Source: a virus
Lineage: Duplodnaviria > Caudoviricetes
Reading direction: 5' to 3' (one strand)
Virus record (IMG/VR): IMGVR_UViG_3300032212_000069
Span: 1-38,598 of that record
Length of the DNA stretch: 38,598 bases
Shown here: piece by piece, positions 31,916 to 38,598 of the stretch
How the letters are laid out: every line of letters starts with the position of its first letter
How positions within the stretch are numbered: the first letter of the stretch is position 1
Notes under the pieces: generated by a model
The model's database searches: none
The model's input: the letters and a program-made list of their open reading frames with translations, nothing else
What the model was told of the DNA's origin: nothing
Made by a program: the position numbers and the translations under genes

Positions 31916-33369
31916 CGTTTACCCTGTGGTACGATTGTTGGCTCAACGCCTTGTGCGTGATTGAATCCACCAGCAATCTTAACTCTTGCTTTGTGGTATC
32001 TGGCACTAGATCGAATATTGGCCTCCCCTATAGAATTAAGGGAAGTTTCTGCACTCCATGTCACTGAGTCGTCTTGTGTCTCTCTTGCGCCAAGTTGAAC
32101 CGTTGCTGTTCCGTCACAAATAGGTCTTAGTGATGTGATAACCGCCCTACCCATTTGCACAGGTTGGGCTTCTGTTGTTTCAAGTGTTGCGTCTAACGCA
32201 TCACCTGAGAAGTCACACAATTTATTGTCTGAGTTAAAGCAACCTAATACAGAAGATGTGCCTGTCCATGCCCTTGAATCGAGAGATTGATTAAGCGCAT
32301 CTATTGAGGTATTTACGCTATCAAGAGAGTCTAGGGTGTACCCTTGCGGTGAGTAGTTAAATAGTTGCTCTGTGTCTATTTCTGCAAATGACCACTTGCC
32401 TGTTGTCCAGTTATATATAATTATTTTATTAGGTCTGCCATCAGTATTTCCTGATCCGGGATAAGCCCAAAACACTAAAGTATTGGTCGTATCAATTGCA
32501 GAGCTAATTCTGTCGTAATAAGACTCATCGAGATCTGCAAAAAATGTTTCGTCTACTTTGTTAGCGCCTATTGGCTGATTCTGAATGCCGTTAGTAAGAG
32601 AGTAAAAACCATCTATACCTAAGTAAAAGATAACATCACCATATTGAATAACTGAGTTTGGTGCGGGTGTTCCTCTACCGGGCTGAACCTCGTCGAACTG
32701 AAATACAATCGGAGTCCCTACATAAGTCATGCGCCATATAGATCTCTCTTGAAATACAACGCCATATTCACCACCAACTACTTTTTGAACCCATCCACCA
32801 TTACCTTGCAGGTCTTGTGCGTCAGATTGAGTTGAAGATGAAGCTGTCCATGTTGCTGAGTTGTTGATGCCTGACCATCTAACCCTATTTGGTACGTTTC
32901 CATCTGTTGTGTCGTAAGTATTACCAACTACAACAAAATCCCTCACTACAGAAATGTGCCTTGCTTTAGGTGGAGATCCCCCTAAATCAGCAAAAGTTGT
33001 ACCGCCTGCTGTGATGGTCTGAGGGGTGTCTGCGAAGTTCGTTCCAATAACATCTTCACCCCACTTAATGAACTCCCAAACCTCGCCGTCACCTGTTGAA
33101 TACCCGCCAACCTTTGAGTAATCGGTGAAAGCGCCATCAGAAAGGCCGTATAGTTTTGTTTCATTTCCTGCGTAGGTAAGTCCGTTACCATCCTTGTCTC
33201 GAATAGATATAGCGCCCCGTGAACGTGCGTCAAGTGCATCAGACAGTACGTTGAGATCATTAAGACAGCCATAACTATTAACCAAGGGAACAACATTTTT
33301 TGCGACAGTTGCACCGGGGTTCTGGAAGTCAGGAAGGTCTGGTAAGTATTCGCCAAATGGAAGCATCAT
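31912..33369 (-). CDS. tail nozzle / DNA stabilisation protein (P22 gp10-like)
   Basis: 485-aa beta-rich protein; FGEYLPDLP, RVRWSGIN motifs; follows the adaptor. Confidence 0.8.
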   Translation of the reverse strand: MMLPFGEYLPDLPDFQNPGATVAKNVVPLVNSYGCLNDLNVLSDALDARSRGAISIRDKDGNGLTYAGNETKLYGLSDGAFTDYSKVGGYSTGDGEVWEFIKWGEDVIGTNFADTPQTITAGGTTFADLGGSPPKARHISVVRDFVVVGNTYDTTDGNVPNRVRWSGINNSATWTASSSTQSDAQDLQGNGGWVQKVVGGEYGVVFQERSIWRMTYVGTPIVFQFDEVQPGRGTPAPNSVIQYGDVIFYLGIDGFYSLTNGIQNQPIGANKVDETFFADLDESYYDRISSAIDTTNTLVFWAYPGSGNTDGRPNKIIIYNWTTGKWSFAEIDTEQLFNYSPQGYTLDSLDSVNTSIDALNQSLDSRAWTGTSSVLGCFNSDNKLCDFSGDALDATLETTEAQPVQMGRAVITSLRPICDGTATVQLGARETQDDSVTWSAETSLNSIGEANIRSSARYHKARVKIAGGFNHAQGVEPTIVPQGKR

Positions 33370-33983
33370 GGATTATTAACATCCGATCTAACTTGGAGTG
33401 TTGCGCCAGAATGTTCGCCGTCCCAATCCTGTGTATTAAGTTCCTCAACCGTATCCATCGCGTACTGTTTCCACATAGCAATGCGTTGATCGTTCATAAT
33501 GAATGCCTCTGCTGGACTTAGGCAGGCCGCAAGATAAAGATCGGGATGGTTGGTTAGAAGCCAATTGGTTGTATTGGAGTCATCAAGCGCAGTAAAGGCT
33601 TTGTAGTAGAGAATTTTCCCCGTATAGGCGGAATCTGGAGAAGGTGCAAATAAGATATTATTGCCTTCAATTGTAAAGATTTTAGGCTTGCCAGTTTCAG
33701 ACCCGGCATAAACGCTATGGAATTGCTCAGGAGTCATGTAATCAAGACGGGCTTTTGGATCTGAGTTTATGTAAATCCTGCGTGCCCTAATCATTCCTGT
33801 AGGCTCTGCTATTGAACCAGAGTCAATCGTTAGATCGGCTGTGGTTTGCATCGCCTTAACTCTTAGCTTCCTATTTAACCACGCTTCGCCAAAGTCAATA
33901 AACGAATCTACTTTGGAGGTTAGATCTGCCCTAGCGAGCCAATCAGCAATCTCTGTCTTTAACTCTGTATAGGTGGATGCCAT
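33366..33983 (-). CDS. head-tail adaptor protein
   Basis: YTELKTEIADWLAR...TNWLLTNHPDLYL. Confidence 0.8.
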   Translation of the reverse strand: MASTYTELKTEIADWLARADLTSKVDSFIDFGEAWLNRKLRVKAMQTTADLTIDSGSIAEPTGMIRARRIYINSDPKARLDYMTPEQFHSVYAGSETGKPKIFTIEGNNILFAPSPDSAYTGKILYYKAFTALDDSNTTNWLLTNHPDLYLAACLSPAEAFIMNDQRIAMWKQYAMDTVEELNTQDWDGEHSGATLQVRSDVNNP

Positions 33984-34351
33984 TAAATCTTCCCTTCAAA
34001 GACTCTGAACTTTGAATAATCAGGGTCGTTCATTATTCGGTGGATGTGTTCGTTATTGTTTAGAAATTCGTGATAAGAAACGCCATGAACTTTGCAATAC
34101 TCTTTCCATACAACATCAGGGATAGTGCCGACGAAATACCCCAAAGAGGTATCCCCCCGACCATCCCAATGCTGCTTAACGGCTTTTATTCTATCGACTA
34201 ATGGCTCAAGGTCTTCTTCATGTTTTACGTAAAGACGATCTTCTCCGTCGTCGTAGTGGTATTTCTCAGTCAAGGATAATTTCCACTGCGCCTGACTTTT
34301 GCAGTTTCTTAGCGTCCTTAACAGAGAGGGATGTTTCGTCACCCGGCTCAA
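33983..34351 (-). CDS. phage hypothetical protein (true start probably near 34273)
   Basis: VGTIPDVV...MNDPDYSKFRV; between capsid and adaptor genes. Confidence 0.65.
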   Translation of the reverse strand: MSRVTKHPSLLRTLRNCKSQAQWKLSLTEKYHYDDGEDRLYVKHEEDLEPLVDRIKAVKQHWDGRGDTSLGYFVGTIPDVVWKEYCKVHGVSYHEFLNNNEHIHRIMNDPDYSKFRVFEGKI

Positions 34352-34496
34352 TACGCTTTGTCATACCGGCGGCTGTTTTGCCATCTTTGAGTCGATCATT
34401 AATTTGTTTGATTTCGTCTTTTGAGTATTCGACGAAAATTGTTTTAATTGCTTTTACTGATACAGATTCCGTTACCTTTGTAGGTGTCGCGGGCAT
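34266..34496 (-). CDS. hypothetical protein after the major capsid gene
   Basis: GGAG SD. Confidence 0.6.
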   Translation of the reverse strand: MPATPTKVTESVSVKAIKTIFVEYSKDEIKQINDRLKDGKTAAGMTKRIEPGDETSLSVKDAKKLQKSGAVEIILD

Positions 34497-34510
34497 TTTA
34501 TTTCTCCGTT

Positions 34511-34538
34511 AAAAGTGGGGAGAGCCGAAGCCCTCCCC
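34511..34538 (-). terminator. terminator after the major capsid gene
   Basis: GGGGAGGGC-TTCG-GCTCTCCCC then ACTTTT. Confidence 0.75.
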
Positions 34539-34544
34539 TATAAG

Positions 34545-35501
34545 TTAGCCGTTAGTGTCAGCTACGAGAGCAAGTGCGCCTTCGTTACAGACTTCTAATG
34601 TGCCTTCCCAAGTGATTTCCTTGCGAGTTGAGTCACCAGTGACCGCAAGATTCTTAGCAGTGATGCCTCGAAGCTCTGCGAATTTCACGAAGTCGTGATC
34701 AATTGCTAGGACGTTATCACCGACGATGTGGCGTGAAGGTACAACTTTCAGTGTGTGGAAATCACCCACATACACGTCAATGCCTGTATTCAGCTTGCTA
34801 TCGTCAGTTGTTACATAGCGAGTCGCGCCGCCTGCTGTGAAGTCGCCTACAACTGTTTTATTAGTTGGAGAGACATATAAGCAGTCAGGGTTGCCGCCAG
34901 TTGAGTAAGTAGTTGCAAGAACAGTGTCCAGAATAGCGGCTGTTAAGTCGCGGTCTGTACCCGTTGTCATTACGTCACTACCATCGCCAGTTGAGTTCGC
35001 ACCCGTAGAACCCAAAGAAGTATTTGAGGTCATGTAGGTGTAGATAGAACCCATTTCACGAGCAGTTGAGTCGTTGCCTGCTACTTTAGCGTTACCAATT
35101 GCTGCGCCACCGATCATAGAGGCTTCAAGATCTCGCTTGATTTCCTTCATACGGCGAGCCATTTGATAAGCCATTTCTGACTTACGACCAGCTTTATCTA
35201 CAGTCTCTTGAGTGCCTGTAACAACGGCGTGTTTCTTGAGGATCTGAGTGTAGTTGGTCAAGCGAGTAGTTGCTGCTGGTGCTGCTGGGGTTGCATCGTC
35301 GCCTTCAATGTGAGCATTGGTCGCGCTAACTGCTGTCAGTGCGTCTGTCTGCCATTCGTGAGTTGTTGCTTTAGCCTTGCCTTTACCGATAGCGGAAAGG
35401 AAAGGGGTTTCTTCTGGTGAAACGTCAAAGATCATATCTGAAAGATCTTCGCGATTACCTACTGCGTCATAACTTGAAAAAGTACCTGTTGGTTGTGCCA
35501 T
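34545..35501 (-). CDS. major capsid protein (DUF5309/SU10-type)
   Basis: GNREDLSDMIFDVSPEETPF, HEWQTDAL, NYTQI, KEIKRDLE, LAVTGDS. Confidence 0.92.
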   Translation of the reverse strand: MAQPTGTFSSYDAVGNREDLSDMIFDVSPEETPFLSAIGKGKAKATTHEWQTDALTAVSATNAHIEGDDATPAAPAATTRLTNYTQILKKHAVVTGTQETVDKAGRKSEMAYQMARRMKEIKRDLEASMIGGAAIGNAKVAGNDSTAREMGSIYTYMTSNTSLGSTGANSTGDGSDVMTTGTDRDLTAAILDTVLATTYSTGGNPDCLYVSPTNKTVVGDFTAGGATRYVTTDDSKLNTGIDVYVGDFHTLKVVPSRHIVGDNVLAIDHDFVKFAELRGITAKNLAVTGDSTRKEITWEGTLEVCNEGALALVADTNG

Positions 35502-35504
35502 TGT

Positions 35505-36566
35505 TTAGCTCCATCGTTCCATAAGAAGTGCGGCGGCATCATCGGCCTTTCCGCTTTTTCTTAATCGGTTTCTCAGTGCATCATCCTTTGTGCTTTCGCC
35601 TTTTGGTGTCGATCTGCCGGGCTTTTGGAATTTAGGGGTCTTAATCACTTTCTTTTTAACAATGGGGGCTTTCTTCTGTAGCTCGTCATATCTACGAGCC
35701 TTATCAGCTAACCTTATTGTTCTGTGATCAATGACGCTCCCGATTTCCTGATTAGAAAACCCTTCGCTAACCAAATAGCTTGCGATAGCTTTATTCCCCG
35801 CTTCCATAGCGGCTGGATCGCTCCACTCTGGAAAGTCGCCTAGAAGTTTCTGGTACTCGTCAGCCTTAACCGCATCAAGACGCTGCTGCTGTTCTTGTGC
35901 TGCTTGCTGAGATAATCCTTCTCTCTCAGCTTTAAGGTTGTTGAATGCTTCAATCTTCTGTCTGCGGTCTTCCATAGCGGCTGCGTATTCTGCCGGGTCG
36001 GTGTCACGGAGGTGTTCAATGCTTTCGCCTTCAATTGATTGGCGTAGAACTGTGCCTAGTTGGTCGATTGCTTGGATGTGCTGTTCACGTACAGACTGAA
36101 TAGCTTGTCGCTCGGCAAGTATTTCATTGCGTTGCTCTGCTACTTCTGCTGTCTTTCTTGAGTAATCCGATTCGCGCTGGTAGCCTGCAACTGCTTCACT
36201 TAAGGTGACTTCACTCTCTTCGCCGTTTACCTTAACTTTGACTTTTAATTGATTCATTGAATCAGGTTCAATATCAAAGTGATCGGCAAGATCGGTTAAA
36301 GAGGAAAGCTCTAGCTCTTCAGTTTCCGGTTCTTGTTCTTCGGTTACTTCCTCAGATTCTTCCTGTTGTTCAGGATCGTCTGTGGTTTCTTCTGTAGATT
36401 GCTCTACGACTTCTTCTGCTGGTTCGTCGGTTGACTCACCTTTGGGCGCTTCCTCGGGAGGTGTCACGTCCATTCTTGCTTCAATTATATTTGTTGCTTC
36501 TTCTGTTGATAGTTCTGTACCGGGGGTGTGGTCAGTTCCCGTTTCCGGGGTCGCTGCATCTTCCAT
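35505..36566 (-). CDS. capsid scaffolding protein
   Basis: Acidic N-terminus, VKVNGEESEVTLSEAVAGYQRESDYSRKT, basic C-terminus; directly before the capsid gene. Confidence 0.88.
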   Translation of the reverse strand: MEDAATPETGTDHTPGTELSTEEATNIIEARMDVTPPEEAPKGESTDEPAEEVVEQSTEETTDDPEQQEESEEVTEEQEPETEELELSSLTDLADHFDIEPDSMNQLKVKVKVNGEESEVTLSEAVAGYQRESDYSRKTAEVAEQRNEILAERQAIQSVREQHIQAIDQLGTVLRQSIEGESIEHLRDTDPAEYAAAMEDRRQKIEAFNNLKAEREGLSQQAAQEQQQRLDAVKADEYQKLLGDFPEWSDPAAMEAGNKAIASYLVSEGFSNQEIGSVIDHRTIRLADKARRYDELQKKAPIVKKKVIKTPKFQKPGRSTPKGESTKDDALRNRLRKSGKADDAAALLMERWS

Positions 36567-36589
36567 AGTTTTGTCCTTACAGGAATGTG

Positions 36590-36603
36590 TCGCCTCACGG
36601 CGA
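36590..36603 (-). promoter_or_regulatory. GNRA hairpin in the scaffold gene leader
   Basis: TCGCC-GTGA-GGCGA upstream of the SD. Confidence 0.45.
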
Positions 36604-36605
36604 GA

Positions 36606-36884
36606 TTAAAAATTACTTACTGCTAGGTTTAGTTTAGATCTCTTCTCTTTTTCTTCATTGATTGCCGACTCCATAGTTCCTTCATCAGCAATAATTTGGA
36701 AATACCTATGCACCTCTTTAAGTGCGTTCATTTGTAACCAAGCTCTTTCCCTGCCCTTTGAGTCTTGTGCGTCTGAATTTTCAAACATACCCAATAGGTT
36801 TTCTCGTATATGATCAAAAGCTTCGTTAAAAATATCGTCTTTAAGCATTTCTTTGGCGCGATTACCTCTTGCTACTTTATCCAT
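36606..36884 (-). CDS. small head-assembly protein
   Basis: RGNRAKEMLKDDIFNEAF...RERAW; position before the scaffold gene. Confidence 0.65.
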   Translation of the reverse strand: MDKVARGNRAKEMLKDDIFNEAFDHIRENLLGMFENSDAQDSKGRERAWLQMNALKEVHRYFQIIADEGTMESAINEEKEKRSKLNLAVSNF

Positions 36885-37400
36885 TTATACCTCTGATAGA
36901 ATTAAGATAAGGGCTAATATGTCGTCCTCATTGAAATCGTAGGGGTCTAATATTTCTTGCAGTTTTTCTAATTTTTCAGGTGTCTTGATAACTCTTTTAG
37001 CGTGAGTTGTTATATCTGAATAACTACTGGATAGCTCTTGTTCTTCTGAGTTTTCAAGGGGGTCTATAACATTAAGAAGATTATTAACTTCTTCTTGGCT
37101 AAACTGGATCTTTCTGTGGATACGTCCATTTGAGCGTATCTTTTTACCTGCACCGTCAAGGTCTGCTTCTGCTTTAGCTGATATTGTGTAAGATAACCCA
37201 ACACCACCAACGCCAATCCTTGTTATTCTTGATGAAGATCCAGCTTCATTTTTATCTGTTACAGAATATTTCTGACCAACGCCGCCTACTGATATTCGAG
37301 TTAGCGTCTCAGAGGTAGCTACTCCTGACTCTGATTTGTTGGCTACTGTGCCGTATGATTTTCCTACGCCACCTACTGAAATGCGCGTTAATAGCGCCAT
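36885..37400 (-). CDS. repeat-containing late protein
   Basis: Three (L/I)TRIxVGGVGxxY repeats; C-terminal EDDILALILIL. Confidence 0.6.
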   Translation of the reverse strand: MALLTRISVGGVGKSYGTVANKSESGVATSETLTRISVGGVGQKYSVTDKNEAGSSSRITRIGVGGVGLSYTISAKAEADLDGAGKKIRSNGRIHRKIQFSQEEVNNLLNVIDPLENSEEQELSSSYSDITTHAKRVIKTPEKLEKLQEILDPYDFNEDDILALILILSEV

Positions 37401-37403
37401 GAC

Positions 37404-38393
37404 TTAAACCAATACGGCTGTATGGCTGCTTGTAACTGCTGTAGTGACTGCTGAAATAGTCGCTGTTGTGGTAGAACCAACATAGTCTGTTATCTGGCAA
37501 ACCTGCTCATCTAACGTGCCTGCGTTAAATACAAGCAATCTTGAGTTGTAAACATCATCTGTGCTGCTTGCGGCAGAACCGTCCACATTACCTAAGATAG
37601 CGGTTGTGGTTGTGCCTCCTGTAAAGGTAACAGGCTTAGCAGTTGCGGCGTGTCGAGTCATGTAAAGAAGCTGTGCTGCTGTGGGTGTACGGGCTTCCAT
37701 TTCAGTATTAGTTGGCGGGTCGTAGTCAGTCAAAGCAGTATCGGCTTCTGTATTTACCTGTGCTTTCATTGTTGTTGACATGCCACCTAAATCGGTAAGT
37801 CCTGCGCCTGCTGTGCCAATCTCTGCGGTATCAAGAAGGATAGAATCAACAATACCATCAATAGTCGCTAGGGTTGCGGGGAGAGTTGTGCCTGTATCGA
37901 CAAGTACAGCGTCTACGTTGGTATCTACTGTATCAATCAATGTCTTTAATGCGCCTAAGCCATCAGTGGCATTACTTAAATCCGTTTGAATGCCGTCAAC
38001 AACCGTATCTACTGTTGCAAGGTTTGCTGCCGTAGCAAGTGCCGCATCAGATATAGCTGTATCACATTGAGCGTTTACGTCTGCTGCTGACACGTTCTCA
38101 AGCCCTAAGTCTGCCGCAGTCGGATCAAAACTAACAGGCCACACATTAACTGTCTGGCTAACTGCACCGCTTAATACTTGAGTAAAAGCTACGTGGTCGC
38201 CATTAGTCTCTGCCTGTGCGGGGACATAAGACCACTCACCGTTGCCTTCGTGAGTTGATGTGCCTGTACCCGTTGCTTGTGTGCCACCGTCAATAGTGTA
38301 GTAAACAGTTGGCGTACCAGTGGTTACATCAGAGCCATCTGTTGTGCTAACAGCGTGAAAGCTGACGTTTTGACTTGCTACATTTTTACGCAT
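37404..38393 (-). CDS. Thr/Ala/Asp-rich fibrous virion protein
   Basis: Repeated ATVDTVVDG/ATIDGIVDS helical segments between beta-rich ends. Confidence 0.6.
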   Translation of the reverse strand: MRKNVASQNVSFHAVSTTDGSDVTTGTPTVYYTIDGGTQATGTGTSTHEGNGEWSYVPAQAETNGDHVAFTQVLSGAVSQTVNVWPVSFDPTAADLGLENVSAADVNAQCDTAISDAALATAANLATVDTVVDGIQTDLSNATDGLGALKTLIDTVDTNVDAVLVDTGTTLPATLATIDGIVDSILLDTAEIGTAGAGLTDLGGMSTTMKAQVNTEADTALTDYDPPTNTEMEARTPTAAQLLYMTRHAATAKPVTFTGGTTTTAILGNVDGSAASSTDDVYNSRLLVFNAGTLDEQVCQITDYVGSTTTATISAVTTAVTSSHTAVLV

Positions 38394-38598
38394 TAGCTGA
38401 AACCTTGCATTGATTGTGTAATGGTTGCGTTAGTTGCCCAGAAAGGATTAAAGCCTTCCTCTACTACTGCTGCCGCACCTGCTTCTATGTATTGGGTTTG
38501 GGGTTGGAACAAAGACCACGCGTTGCTTGATAGTTCTTTAGCCTGCGCGTCTGGTAATGCTTCCTCGAAAGAAGCAAACAGTTTTGTTTCAGAGTTTG
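38393..38598 (-). CDS. 3' fragment of a LamG/concanavalin-like structural protein
   Basis: ...ALPDAQAKELSSNAWSLFQP...GFS*; TAATG-coupled to the 329-aa gene. Confidence 0.55.
   Translation of the reverse strand, partial: NSETKLFASFEEALPDAQAKELSSNAWSLFQPQTQYIEAGAAAVVEEGFNPFWATNATITQSMQGFS

Overview
Near-complete (38.6 kb), circularly permuted genome of a temperate podovirus with lambdoid/P22-like layout, probably of a gammaproteobacterial host (inferred from IHF sites, sigma70 promoters and a tmRNA-type attP). attP is intact with phage genes on both sides, so this is the excised or virion form, and both window ends appear to fall in the same structural gene. Modules: portal, terL and terS; an oppositely oriented cassette of about 10 small genes; Q-like, nin-like and replication genes; immunity region; ERF/SSB recombination arm; xis-int-attP; lysis cassette; tail fibre, ejection, nozzle, adaptor, capsid and scaffold genes. 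Strongest candidate new system: a lysis-lysogeny switch with no cro gene. A short repressor lacking a RecA-cleavable peptidase domain faces, and overlaps, a Cys-rich 4VR/MetOD1-type ligand-binding protein, and one 19-bp operator motif sits in the same register on three promoters. Other highlights: a RusA-like resolvase split over two overlapping frames; an HNH element carrying a synonymously recoded copy of its target gene's 3' end; a class 3 lipase where spanins are expected; two structured RNAs; and an IHF-rich site between terS and terL. All family calls are motif recognition by eye, not database searches.
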